NCBI GenBank assembly: GCA_035571275.1
Contig: DATMKQ010000298.1
Location: 1,013 to 65,012 of the forward strand
Length of the DNA stretch: 64,000 bases
Origin: Trebonia sp.
Lineage (GTDB): Bacteria > Actinomycetota > Actinomycetes > Streptosporangiales > Streptosporangiaceae
Direction: 5' to 3'
Positions within the stretch are counted from its first letter, which is position 1. Every line of letters starts with the position of its first letter. The translations under genes and the position numbers were made by a program. Of this stretch, positions 54,314 to 62,923 are shown in pieces. The notes under the pieces are model-generated. The model saw only the letters and a list, made by a program, of their open reading frames with translations, did no database searches and was not told the origin of the DNA.

Positions 54314-54711
54314 CAGCCGAAACTCCAGGCTGCCTTCTGCTTGGGCACCGCAGGGGGACCGGTCTCGGGAGGCGCGATATCCTCGCCGCCATCATCGGGC
54401 TCCGCGGTTACGATGATCGGTTCGGCCGGGGGTTCTTCCTCGGTAACCGTTTCAGTTTCGGCGGCAAGTACCTCGCCGATCACTTCAGCGGTTGCTTCCG
54501 CCGCAGCGACCTCTGCCTCTGCCTCGACTTCAGCGACCTCGACGCGGGTTTCATTCCAGTTGCGGTCCATGCGCGCATTGATCTTCGCGAGCTCGATTTC
54601 CTTTTCCGCGTTGATCTTCGCGACTTGTACTTCGGCGGAAACGGCCTCGGCGGCTGTGCTCGCCTCGGGGAGGTGGTCGATTTCGTTACCGCAATGCTGG
54701 CAGTACGGCAT
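54313..54711 (-). CDS. Highly acidic Glu/Ala-rich protein with N-terminal CxxC
   Basis: MPYCQHCG; AEVEAEAE.. tract; GAAAGAAG upstream. Confidence 0.7.
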   Translation of the reverse strand: MPYCQHCGNEIDHLPEASTAAEAVSAEVQVAKINAEKEIELAKINARMDRNWNETRVEVAEVEAEAEVAAAEATAEVIGEVLAAETETVTEEEPPAEPIIVTAEPDDGGEDIAPPETGPPAVPKQKAAWSFG

Positions 54712-54716
54712 GATGC

Positions 54717-55076
54717 TTACTTCTTTCGTTTCGGTCGTCTGGTGTTGTACGCGAGGCCCTGGCCGTTGCGGCCGGCGGCGACATAAGCGCGGGCTTCGGC
54801 TTTAGTGAACAGCTGGAATGCGAGGGTAACCGTCCCGTCTTTATGAACAGTTTTATGCACTTTGCGGCCGTAGCCCTGATAGCGGGCCTCACTGTAAATA
54901 AGGCTGGAATGGCGCCTGGCTGTTTCCTCATCGGGGAACCGGACGGGGATGACGTGCACCGGCCTGGCGGTCACCGCCCCGGCCCACTGAGCAGGATGGG
55001 CGGCGGCGGCCTCGATGATCTTCTGGTAGCGCCGGTCGCGCACGCGGTCCCTGAACGGCGTCCGGCCTCGCGCCAC
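54717..55076 (-). CDS. Basic hypothetical protein (possible DNA binder)
   Basis: AGGTGAGG RBS; Arg/Lys-rich termini. Confidence 0.7.
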   Translation of the reverse strand: MARGRTPFRDRVRDRRYQKIIEAAAAHPAQWAGAVTARPVHVIPVRFPDEETARRHSSLIYSEARYQGYGRKVHKTVHKDGTVTLAFQLFTKAEARAYVAAGRNGQGLAYNTRRPKRKK

Positions 55077-55086
55077 TGCCTCACCT

Positions 55087-55121
55087 ACCTTAAACCTCTA
55101 CTTGAGCTTTAAGGTTAGGAT
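55087..55121. promoter_or_regulatory. Palindromic operator overlapping divergent promoters
   Basis: ACCTTAAACCTC-TACTT-GAGCTTTAAGGT (11/12 match) abutting TAGGAT -10. Confidence 0.65.
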
Positions 55122-55154
55122 AGGGCTCCGGCAGGAGCGAGCGAGGGAGTCTGG

Positions 55155-55283
55155 ATGGTCACTTTCCGCAGGGCACGTGAGGCTGTCGAGGACGCCAGGA
55201 CGACCGTCCGCGGCTCGATGATCGTCGCGGTCATCGCCCTGGTGATCGCCGTCGTGGCACTGATCATCAGGGTAAAGCGGTGA
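55155..55283 (+). CDS. 42-aa single-TM protein (not in the ORF track)
   Basis: MVTFRRAREAVEDARTTVRGSMIVAVIALVIAVVALIIRVKR; GAGGGAG RBS. Confidence 0.7.
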   Translation: MVTFRRAREAVEDARTTVRGSMIVAVIALVIAVVALIIRVKR

Positions 55284-55702
55284 TGGCCAGGGCACCGCAC
55301 AGGGTCAGGCGCCTGGACACGATCACCGAACTGCTCGGCCAGGTACACCGCCGGCTCAACGACCTGGCCTGTGAGCTCGGCGAGATGGACAAACGCCAGC
55401 ACGACATGCGCCAGGAGATACGCGGCATCCAGCCGGTGCACGTCGATCTTGACGAAGAGCTCGGCCGCGCCATCATCAAGAAGCTGGCCGATCCGCTGAC
55501 CGTCCCGGCCGCGATAGCTGCCATCTGGGCCGAGCAGGCAAAGCACGGCCAGATTATGTACATCACTCATATCGGTTACGACTCCGGGCCGTGCGCCGAG
55601 TTCATAATCCGCCCGGACGGCACGATGGCAGTGAAGCTGCTCGATCCCATGAGGATGCCCGTGTGGTCAGGGGTTTTCCATGGCCCGGAGGCTGAGCGAT
55701 GA
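55280..55702 (+). CDS. Proviral hypothetical protein
   Basis: Coupled ORF in the structural operon. Confidence 0.6.
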   Translation: MMARAPHRVRRLDTITELLGQVHRRLNDLACELGEMDKRQHDMRQEIRGIQPVHVDLDEELGRAIIKKLADPLTVPAAIAAIWAEQAKHGQIMYITHIGYDSGPCAEFIIRPDGTMAVKLLDPMRMPVWSGVFHGPEAER

Positions 55703-56430
55703 GCGAGACACTGACGGTTGACCCGGAGCTCGCCAGGGGGCTGCTCGATGACGTGCTCGACCGTGATGCCGCTGACGGCCCGGGCGCGGATCCGCCTCCG
55801 CGTGTCCCGTGGCTGAACGAGGACGGCTCGCCGCGGTGGGGCGTCAAGGCCGACGGTTCACCGCGCCGGGCGAAGCCGGGCACCGGCCGGCCGCGCCTGG
55901 ACGACAACGACAAGCCGCGGACCACCGGCAAGCCGCCACCGCAGCCGGGTACTCCCGGTGACACGCCGCCTAACCCGCAATCTTCCGGCGGCGGCAGCGG
56001 GGCGAAGGACTACAGCGAGGACATCGGCGCCACGCTCACCATGGTGTGGATGGGCCTGGCGTCAGTGCCGTTCACCCGCGCTCACGCGGCGATCGTCCGG
56101 GCGCAGACCCCGGCGATGGTGCCGGCCTGGAACACCGCCGCGCAGCAGAACGCGACCATCCGCAAGTACGTTCAGAAGCTCTCCGGAGAAGGGTCCTGGG
56201 CATGGGTAATCCCCGTAACGATCACGACGACACCCCTGGCGGCCGGGATGTGGCAGGTGACCCGGGACGCGAGCCTCCGCGCAGCCCTCGCCAAGCAGAC
56301 CGAGAAGGACTTCGCGGAGTTCATCGCGGAACAGGCCACGGCAGCGGGGATGGACATCCCGGAGATGCCCGCCGAACCCCCGAATGGCTTCTCCACGGAC
56401 AGCCAGGGGACAACGGAGACCTCCTCCTAG
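55699..56430 (+). CDS. Putative virion assembly protein (position of PRD1 P10)
   Basis: GGAGG RBS; WGVKADGSPR..PG.GRP basic motif, hydrophobic C-terminal helices; upstream of the ATPase. Confidence 0.55.
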   Translation: MSETLTVDPELARGLLDDVLDRDAADGPGADPPPRVPWLNEDGSPRWGVKADGSPRRAKPGTGRPRLDDNDKPRTTGKPPPQPGTPGDTPPNPQSSGGGSGAKDYSEDIGATLTMVWMGLASVPFTRAHAAIVRAQTPAMVPAWNTAAQQNATIRKYVQKLSGEGSWAWVIPVTITTTPLAAGMWQVTRDASLRAALAKQTEKDFAEFIAEQATAAGMDIPEMPAEPPNGFSTDSQGTTETSS

Positions 56431-56438
56431 GCGACCAG

Positions 56439-56804
56439 GTGCTGCCTCCGCCGCCGCGGCTGGCTGAGGACTGGGCGGCCCGGGTAGCGCGCAGCGCTGC
56501 CCGCGAGCTCGCCACGCCCGCCAAACGCGCCTACTGGGGCACGTACGTGGCCGTGCTGGCCATCCTGCGGTCAAGGCGCGTGGCGCCGCTCCCCGCGTTC
56601 CTGGCCGCCCTGCTGGCCGCCGAGGGGGCACGGAAAATGTGGCAGGCGATGGAGGACGTGCACGCGCTCGCCGAGGAGGTCCGGCAGCCGCCCGGGGCGC
56701 CCGATGATGGCATGTGCAAGAACCCTGACTGCCCGAACCTCGGCGGCGTCTGGCGTGATTGCCCGCAGTTCAGGGAGGCCGGCAGTGCAGCTGGGGGCGA
56801 CTGA
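56439..56804 (+). CDS. Hydrophobic hypothetical protein with C-terminal Cys motif
   Basis: GTG 8 nt after the previous stop; CKNPDC...C. Confidence 0.5.
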   Translation: MLPPPPRLAEDWAARVARSAARELATPAKRAYWGTYVAVLAILRSRRVAPLPAFLAALLAAEGARKMWQAMEDVHALAEEVRQPPGAPDDGMCKNPDCPNLGGVWRDCPQFREAGSAAGGD

Positions 56805-57045
56805 CGCCGAGCTCGAGGCGATCGGCCGTGAGATCCACGGCATGTGGCACGCCGGCGCGACCGAGGCCGATGGCCTGACACGGCTGCGGGCACGCCTGTC
56901 CAACGGCCGCTATGACAAGCTGCCCCGGCTGCTGCGGCCCGTTTTCAACCGGGTGACCAGGACCGTGCTGGCGAGCATGTGGGGGCCGGATCACTGCGGC
57001 CCTGATCATGAGATCGTGATATGCGATGAGCCTGCGGACGTTTAA
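56785..57045 (+). CDS. Proviral hypothetical protein (86 aa)
   Basis: GGGAGG RBS, GTG start. Confidence 0.55.
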   Translation: MQLGATDAELEAIGREIHGMWHAGATEADGLTRLRARLSNGRYDKLPRLLRPVFNRVTRTVLASMWGPDHCGPDHEIVICDEPADV

Positions 57046-57808
57046 CCGCGAGGAATTCTTCAAAACGCGGTGGGATCCGCAGCGCGGTGAGCAGGTTTTC
57101 ATTATCGAGCCGTCGCAGGGCGGGAAAACCCATTTCGCTTTCGAGCTGCTCAATAATACCGAGCATAAGAAACCGCCCGTGGCGCTGGTGATGAAACCGC
57201 GTGACCCGACCCCGGCGGTGATGACGAAAAAATGGGGATGGAAGGAAATCAGGCGGTGGCCCCCGCCGAAGCTCATGCCCTGGCAGGACAAACCGCCAGG
57301 CTACACGCTGTGGCCGAAGCATTCCCTGTCGCTGCACCCGGAGTCCATCACCAAGACGAACATTCACATCAAGGCCCAGTTCGAGGCCGTGCTGATGGAT
57401 GCCTACAAGCGCGGTGACCGGGTGGTTTTCGTGGACGAGATCTACGGGCTGCTCGCTGAGCTGCACATGAAACAGGTGGTTGAGGCGCTGTCGACCCGCG
57501 GCAGCGGGATGGGCGCGGCGATGTGGTACGCCACCCAGAAACCGGCCGGGACCATCGGCGCGCCGATGCCGGGCCACCTTTTCAACAACCCGATGCACCT
57601 TTTCATCGGCTATGACCCGGTAGCAGGGAACCGGAAACGCTTTTCCGAGATAGGCGGCATAAACACCGGCCTGGTCATGGAAGAGGTATCGAAACTCCAG
57701 GTGACGCCCATCCGGACCCCGCACGGGATGAAGCCGGTATCGGAGCTGCTGTACATAAACAAGAACGGCCCGCGCGGCGGTTACCTTTGCAAGATCGGCG
57801 TCTATTAG
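57026..57808 (+). CDS. FtsK/HerA-superfamily genome packaging ATPase (PRD1 P9/A32-like)
   Basis: GEQVFIIEPSQGGKT Walker A, KPRD, VVFVDE Walker B, RG..G....ATQKP, HLFIG, RF.EIGG; 260 aa. Confidence 0.8.
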   Translation: MSLRTFNREEFFKTRWDPQRGEQVFIIEPSQGGKTHFAFELLNNTEHKKPPVALVMKPRDPTPAVMTKKWGWKEIRRWPPPKLMPWQDKPPGYTLWPKHSLSLHPESITKTNIHIKAQFEAVLMDAYKRGDRVVFVDEIYGLLAELHMKQVVEALSTRGSGMGAAMWYATQKPAGTIGAPMPGHLFNNPMHLFIGYDPVAGNRKRFSEIGGINTGLVMEEVSKLQVTPIRTPHGMKPVSELLYINKNGPRGGYLCKIGVY

Positions 57809-57910
57809 CGTAGGATCGCGCGTGAAGCGAAGGCCCGGGAGCGTGAATTCCCGCGGGTCTTCGCTTCAGCGTTCCCGGGCCTCCCTCTTTCGGTGCGGGA
57901 GGCCGGCTGA

Positions 57911-58321
57911 ATGGATGTCACGGGTGCCGTGGCCATCGGGCGCGACAGCGAGCTGTACGCGCTGAAGGAAGCGGGCAAGAGGATGGCCGACATCCTCAAC
58001 CTGGCGCTGATCGCGTACGGCCCGGCGGTCACCGGCAGGTGGATGGCGTTCGCCCTGGCCGACGGCCGCGGCGACAGCGTCGTCTACGACACCCGCGATG
58101 ACGCGATCGCTCACCAGTTCCGCGCGACCCTGGCGCATTACGAGCAGATGCGGCCCAAGGGCTGGTCTGCCGATGAGTGCGCGCTGACCCTGATGTACGC
58201 CCGCGCGGCCTACGACGCGGGCTGGCGCCCGGAACGCGAAACGCCCGCGCCGATCATGCCCGTCCGCCTCGAGGACACGGCCCAGAAACTGCGCCGGCTT
58301 CGGCGCCACGCCCGGAGGTAA
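57911..58321 (+). CDS. Proviral hypothetical protein preceding the capsid gene
   Basis: GGGAGG RBS; 136 aa. Confidence 0.7.
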   Translation: MDVTGAVAIGRDSELYALKEAGKRMADILNLALIAYGPAVTGRWMAFALADGRGDSVVYDTRDDAIAHQFRATLAHYEQMRPKGWSADECALTLMYARAAYDAGWRPERETPAPIMPVRLEDTAQKLRRLRRHARR

Positions 58322-58327
58322 CCACCC

Positions 58328-59509
58328 ATGGCGACAGCACCGGCCCCGGCCGCGACACAGCCCGCGCAGGCACCCGGCACCCAGCAGGGCCAGAAGGCCC
58401 CGGCGGCGGTGCCGTTCCGCTGCGGCACCCAGAACACCACGAACCTGGACGGCTACACCCAGACGATCACGCTGGGCACCACCACGCAGCTGCCGAACTA
58501 CAACCCGTCGGTCAACTCCTACATGCGGGGCGCCTGGATCAACGTCTCCGCGACCGCCGCGGGCAACGCGGCCACCGTCGTGTTCGCCGGCGACGCGCCC
58601 GCCTCGATCTTCGCGCAGGTCGCGTTCCTGGATACCCAGCAGCGGCCGATCATCCAGGTAACCGGTTACCAGCTGCTGCAGATCATCAACAAGTTCGGCG
58701 GGTACTTCGTCAACGGCGACCCGCGCGCGGACCCCACCTACGTGGCCACCGCGGGGTCGGGCGGCTCGGGCGGGTCGGTCAACTGGACAGCCTGGGTCCC
58801 GCTGGAGATCAACAACCGCACCGGCGTCGGCTCGGCGCTGAACAAGAACAGCTCGCAGACCTACACCCTGCAGCTGACCCCCGCGCAGACCGTCGCCGCG
58901 GTGTACACCACCGCCCCGACCACGGTGCCCGTCTTCACCGTCAACATCTATGAGGACGGCTGGTGGCAGCCGCAGGAAACCGACGTGTCCGGCGCCCCCA
59001 CCTCGCCGGCGCCCGTCGCTCCGAACACCTGGTCGTACTGGCTGCAGTCGTCCTACACGGCGCTGAACGGCGCGGTCCAGGAGCAGATGACCACCGGCCT
59101 GGGCAACTCGCTGCGGCTGGTGGCGTTCAACACCTACGACACGTCCAACTCCACCCGGGCGTCCGGCGAGACCGACTTCCCGGCCACGGTCCAGCTGATC
59201 TACAAGGGCACGAACCTCAAGAACTGGCCCAAGACGCTGTGGAAGTCGCTGATGGCCAAGAACTACGGCCTGTCCAGCGCCGCCGCCGACTCCGCGCTCG
59301 GCCCGGAGAACGGCGTCTACGTGCTGTGGCAGTTCATGCAGGACTTCGGGATGCGCCCGGGCGACGGGATGAACTTCTCCCTGCTCAACACCGACCAGGG
59401 CGACCAGTTCCAGTTCCTCGGCACGTTCAACGCCAGCGCGACCATGTACGAGCTGGTCAACTACATCGCCACCGTCGGCAACCCCGCGGTGCTCCGTCAG
59501 CAAAGGTGA
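58328..59509 (+). CDS. Double-jelly-roll major capsid protein (PRD1 P3-like)
   Basis: 393 aa, beta-rich, strongly biased codon use, GGAGG RBS; segments MRGAWINVSAT..DAPASIFAQVAFLD...TGYQL and WVPLEIN...GSALN....YTLQL align by eye with PRD1 P3 as recalled. Confidence 0.82.
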   Translation: MATAPAPAATQPAQAPGTQQGQKAPAAVPFRCGTQNTTNLDGYTQTITLGTTTQLPNYNPSVNSYMRGAWINVSATAAGNAATVVFAGDAPASIFAQVAFLDTQQRPIIQVTGYQLLQIINKFGGYFVNGDPRADPTYVATAGSGGSGGSVNWTAWVPLEINNRTGVGSALNKNSSQTYTLQLTPAQTVAAVYTTAPTTVPVFTVNIYEDGWWQPQETDVSGAPTSPAPVAPNTWSYWLQSSYTALNGAVQEQMTTGLGNSLRLVAFNTYDTSNSTRASGETDFPATVQLIYKGTNLKNWPKTLWKSLMAKNYGLSSAAADSALGPENGVYVLWQFMQDFGMRPGDGMNFSLLNTDQGDQFQFLGTFNASATMYELVNYIATVGNPAVLRQQR

Positions 59510-59517
59510 GATAACCC

Positions 59518-59805
59518 ATGGCCGTCAACCTGAGCAAGATCGAGGAACTGTTCAAGGGCTTCATCGAGGCGCACCCCGAAGTGCTCGGGGAGGCCGAGAC
59601 CGCAGCCAGGGACGTCGCCGAAGCCGTCGCGGTGCCCGGCCCGGAAACGTTCTACGACGTCATCCGCGCTGTCGTGCCGCTGATTCCCGGCCTGACCGAC
59701 ACCGCCCGGGCCGAGTACCAGGCAGCCATCGACCAGCACCAGGCCGAGCACGCCGCGCTTGTCACCGGCCTGCCGGCCCCGGTCAGGGAAGGGGAAAGCG
59801 CGTGA
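59518..59805 (+). CDS. Helical hypothetical virion/assembly protein
   Basis: AAGGTGAG RBS; 95 aa. Confidence 0.7.
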   Translation: MAVNLSKIEELFKGFIEAHPEVLGEAETAARDVAEAVAVPGPETFYDVIRAVVPLIPGLTDTARAEYQAAIDQHQAEHAALVTGLPAPVREGESA

Positions 59806-59918
59806 ACTGGCTTAAGGAGCACCCCCTCGGCGCCGTCCTGATCGGCATGGCGATCGGGGTCATGTTCGGCACGCAGCTCAAGCGGCTGCCCGGCGTGAGC
59901 AAGCTGCCCACGGGCTGA
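59802..59918 (+). CDS. 38-aa single-TM virion membrane protein (not in the ORF track)
   Basis: MNWLKEHPLGAVLIGMAIGVMFGTQLKRLPGVSKLPTG; GTGA overlap. Confidence 0.7.
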   Translation: MNWLKEHPLGAVLIGMAIGVMFGTQLKRLPGVSKLPTG

Positions 59919-59921
59919 TGG

Positions 59922-60494
59922 ATGGCCTCGCGCGCAGGACTGTCCGGGCTCGCGCTGGCGGAGATCGCCGCGGGGGTCCTGCTGGCATGGTCCGGGATCG
60001 AGAACGCCTCGGTCACGGCCACCCTGCGATCAGTGACCGGCGGGAAGAAACCGGCGCCGGACACCGGCAGCGAGGCGATCACCACGGCAGCTGCCGCGAC
60101 AGCGGCGGGCACCGGCGCCGGCACGACGACGGGGGGCCTGTTCGGCGCGATCACCTCCGGTGCCAGCTCGGCCAGCGCGGCAGCCAACCAGGCGATAGCA
60201 CGGGTCCTGGCCGCCCCGTACGGGTGGAGCACGGGAACCCAGTGGGCCGACCTGGTGTCGCTGTGGAACCGGGAATCCGGCTGGTCCAGCACGGCGGAGA
60301 ACGCCGCCAGCGGTGCCTACGGCATCGCCCAGGCGCTCGGCCACGGGCCGACCAACCAGTACCCGGCCGGCCCGGCGAACCCTCCCACGTCATCGGCCAC
60401 GGCTCAGATCGCCTGGGGCCTGTCCTACATACACAGCACCTACGGCAGCCCTGAGGCGGCGTGGGCGCACGAGGAAAGCGAAGGGTGGTACTGA
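59922..60494 (+). CDS. Membrane-anchored lytic transglycosylase (functional analogue of PRD1 P7)
   Basis: N-terminal TM; LWNRESGW...A.N..SGAYGIAQAL, QIAWGLSYI...YGSP..AW.H....WY. Confidence 0.85.
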   Translation: MASRAGLSGLALAEIAAGVLLAWSGIENASVTATLRSVTGGKKPAPDTGSEAITTAAAATAAGTGAGTTTGGLFGAITSGASSASAAANQAIARVLAAPYGWSTGTQWADLVSLWNRESGWSSTAENAASGAYGIAQALGHGPTNQYPAGPANPPTSSATAQIAWGLSYIHSTYGSPEAAWAHEESEGWY

Positions 60495-60757
60495 TGGCAG
60501 CCTCCACCGGCCCGGTCGTGGCCGCGGGCGCGATCACCTACGCCAACGCGGTCCTGTTCAACGGCAAGACGTGGGATTCCCAGCTCATCGTCGTGGTCGG
60601 CACCGGGATCGCGGCCGGGATGCTCGCGCTGCTGGAGAAGGCCAGCACGCCGCTGGCCGCCGGGATCGCGTGGATCGCCCTGGTCACGTCGCTGCTCATC
60701 CAGCCGAAATCGGGCCGGTCCTTCGTCACCAACCTGATCGCGCACACAGGCCTGTAG
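60494..60757 (+). CDS. 87-aa multi-TM virion membrane protein (P18-like)
   Basis: TGATG coupling; three hydrophobic segments; directly precedes the P32-like gene. Confidence 0.65.
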   Translation: MAASTGPVVAAGAITYANAVLFNGKTWDSQLIVVVGTGIAAGMLALLEKASTPLAAGIAWIALVTSLLIQPKSGRSFVTNLIAHTGL

Positions 60758-60765
60758 GAGGCACC

Positions 60766-60912
60766 GTGAGCACTGTCCAGAAGATCGCGATGGGCATCGT
60801 GGGCATCGGCCTGGCGACCGCCCTGCTGCTGCCCGGCCGGAACACCGTCGGCGTCATCGGCGCGATCCAGAAGCTGTTCCAGGGTTCCCTGGGCACCGCC
60901 ATCCAGGGCTGA
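60766..60912 (+). CDS. 48-aa membrane DNA-delivery protein (PRD1 P32-like)
   Basis: MSTVQKIAMGIVGIGLATALLLPGRNTVGVIGAIQKLFQGSLGTAIQG; AGGAGG RBS; TM, then NTxGVI, then amphipathic helix. Confidence 0.7.
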   Translation: MSTVQKIAMGIVGIGLATALLLPGRNTVGVIGAIQKLFQGSLGTAIQG

Positions 60913-60922
60913 GCCCGCGATC

Positions 60923-61696
60923 ATGGCCGACTCCTTCAGCTTCGACGCTCAGGTAGCCGCCGCGGCGACCGACCCGACGGCTGGCGGAGCGGTGCCCGTC
61001 GAGCTACCCCCCGAACAGCAGCGGCACGGCGTCCTGTGGCCCACCCCCGCCGAGATGGTCTCCGACCACTCGGCTGAGGGCGCCCCGTGGCTCCCGGCCG
61101 CCCGCGCCGTCCCGAAAGACCCGCCGCAGGGCCCGCTGTGGGCCGCCTCGCACGCGGGCGAGCAGGTCGGGTACAGCGCGCAGCAGGACGTCGACCCGGT
61201 CAGCGGGCAGGCGATCTCCGCCCCCGCCGTCGCGGCGATCCACGACGGCACCGACGGCGGCCCGTGGGACCCGGGAGACTGGGGCGCGAACCACTCGCAG
61301 CCGAACGCGTGGCCGCAGCTGAACATCGGGACGCCGTTCACGCTCAACCAGGGCAGCCGCGAGACGCGGACGCTGGCAACCGACCAGTGGGATGCCACCG
61401 GCAAGCGGGTCAGCCCGCCCGATGCCCCGTCGGCGCCGCACGAGATCTACGGCAGCCGGCATTACACCGTGCCGCGGTTCATCCCGTTCGAAGCCGGCGC
61501 GCTGTTCAGCAACGTGGCCGACTCCAACCAGTTCACGGTCAATCCCGGCTACTGGGGCGTGAACGGCTCGGTCCCGGACATGTCACCCCGCCCGCACGGC
61601 GCGGTCGCCGCGCAGATGCCCACCGACCCGTACGTGGCCGATGCGGTCGGCTCGGTCCCGGCCACGGTCTCCGTCGACTACTCAACGGACTGGTGA
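60923..61696 (+). CDS. Pro/Gly/Trp-rich extended virion protein
   Basis: 257 aa, appears disordered; within the structural operon. Confidence 0.65.
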   Translation: MADSFSFDAQVAAAATDPTAGGAVPVELPPEQQRHGVLWPTPAEMVSDHSAEGAPWLPAARAVPKDPPQGPLWAASHAGEQVGYSAQQDVDPVSGQAISAPAVAAIHDGTDGGPWDPGDWGANHSQPNAWPQLNIGTPFTLNQGSRETRTLATDQWDATGKRVSPPDAPSAPHEIYGSRHYTVPRFIPFEAGALFSNVADSNQFTVNPGYWGVNGSVPDMSPRPHGAVAAQMPTDPYVADAVGSVPATVSVDYSTDW

Positions 61697-61699
61697 GCG

Positions 61700-62542
61700 A
61701 TGGCCGGAACTGTCGACCTGCCCGCGATCGGGCGCGTCAAGAGCGGCTACGTGTGGGGCGGCGCGGCTGTCGTCGTCGTCGCCGTCGGCTACTTCTGGAT
61801 CCGCAACCGCAACGCGGCCGCGTCGGGCGCGACCGCGGGCACCGCGGCGGACACCACGACCCTGGACCCGGAAACCGGCTACCCGGAAGGCTCACCCGAG
61901 GACCTGGCGGCGCTGCAGGCGCAAAGCGGCGGGGCATACGGCGGGGTCGGCGGCGGGTACGCGGGCGAGGGCACCGGCTATACCGGGCAGGAATATTATT
62001 ACGACCCTGCTGACGGCTTGTATGACCTGACCTCCCCGTACACCGGCGCCAGCTCCGGGACGTCGAACAGCGGGCCGGGCACCTTCACCGACAACGCCTA
62101 CTGGGTGCAGTACGCCATCGAGAACGTGCAGGGCTACAGCGCCGGGCAGATCCAGGGGGCACTGTCGGCGTACCTGGCCGGAATGGGCCTGACCACCACC
62201 CAGATGAGCATCTACCAGGCGTCGGTCGCGGTGGCGGGCAGCCCGCCGGACCCGCCGAAGTCTCCCGCGCACCTGCAGAACGGGACCGGCACCGGCGGCG
62301 GGAGTACCGGCAGCGGCACGCAGGTCACCGTGCCCGACGTGATCAGCGAGGACCTGGTAAACGCGCAGCGGGCGATCGGCGAGCAGGGCCTGAAGTCGGC
62401 GGTCTCCGGGCCCGCCACGACCAGGACCGGTGAGGTCCGGACCGTGTCCGCGCAGTCCCCGGCCGGCGGGACCAAGGTTGACGCGGGCACCACTGTCAGG
62501 CTGACGTACAAGATCGCCAACCCCCCGGCGAAGAAGAAGTGA
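61700..62542 (+). CDS. Membrane-anchored protein with C-terminal PASTA domain
   Basis: N-terminal TM; VTVPDVI......AQRAI...GL....V..QSPAGGTKV..GTTVRL. Confidence 0.8.
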   Translation: MAGTVDLPAIGRVKSGYVWGGAAVVVVAVGYFWIRNRNAAASGATAGTAADTTTLDPETGYPEGSPEDLAALQAQSGGAYGGVGGGYAGEGTGYTGQEYYYDPADGLYDLTSPYTGASSGTSNSGPGTFTDNAYWVQYAIENVQGYSAGQIQGALSAYLAGMGLTTTQMSIYQASVAVAGSPPDPPKSPAHLQNGTGTGGGSTGSGTQVTVPDVISEDLVNAQRAIGEQGLKSAVSGPATTRTGEVRTVSAQSPAGGTKVDAGTTVRLTYKIANPPAKKK

Positions 62543-62551
62543 GGAACCCCC

Positions 62552-62917
62552 ATGGCACCGAGCAGCGGGACAGACGCGATCATCACGGGCCTGGCTGTCG
62601 CCGGGGTGATCGCCGCGATCAACGCCGTCCACATGCCCGCCGTCGCCGCGACCAGGGCCAGCGCGCCGGGCAACCAGCACATCGAGGCGGCCCGCAAGTC
62701 CAACCTGTACATCGGCGCGGCTGTCGTGGTCGGCGCTTCGCTGCTGGCCCGGGCCGGCGGCGGCGGCGGCGGTTTCGCGTCCACCGTGTTCATCATCGGC
62801 GGCGCCACCGTCATCGGCCTGGACATCACGCACCGGCTCGCCAACGCCACCGACAACCAGTCCGGCAAGATCATCGCCGCCCCGTCGGACACGGCCGTCG
62901 CCACGCCGGGCAGCTGA
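62552..62917 (+). CDS. Multi-TM virion membrane protein
   Basis: GAGGA RBS; three hydrophobic segments. Confidence 0.7.
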   Translation: MAPSSGTDAIITGLAVAGVIAAINAVHMPAVAATRASAPGNQHIEAARKSNLYIGAAVVVGASLLARAGGGGGGFASTVFIIGGATVIGLDITHRLANATDNQSGKIIAAPSDTAVATPGS

Positions 62918-62923
62918 CCCGCG

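Noticed and set aside
57026-57808. ATPase as conjugative TraB/VirB4 of an AICE or ICE
   Set aside because: Only 260 aa, no TM or FtsK-gamma domain, and it sits in an operon with capsid-like and virion membrane genes
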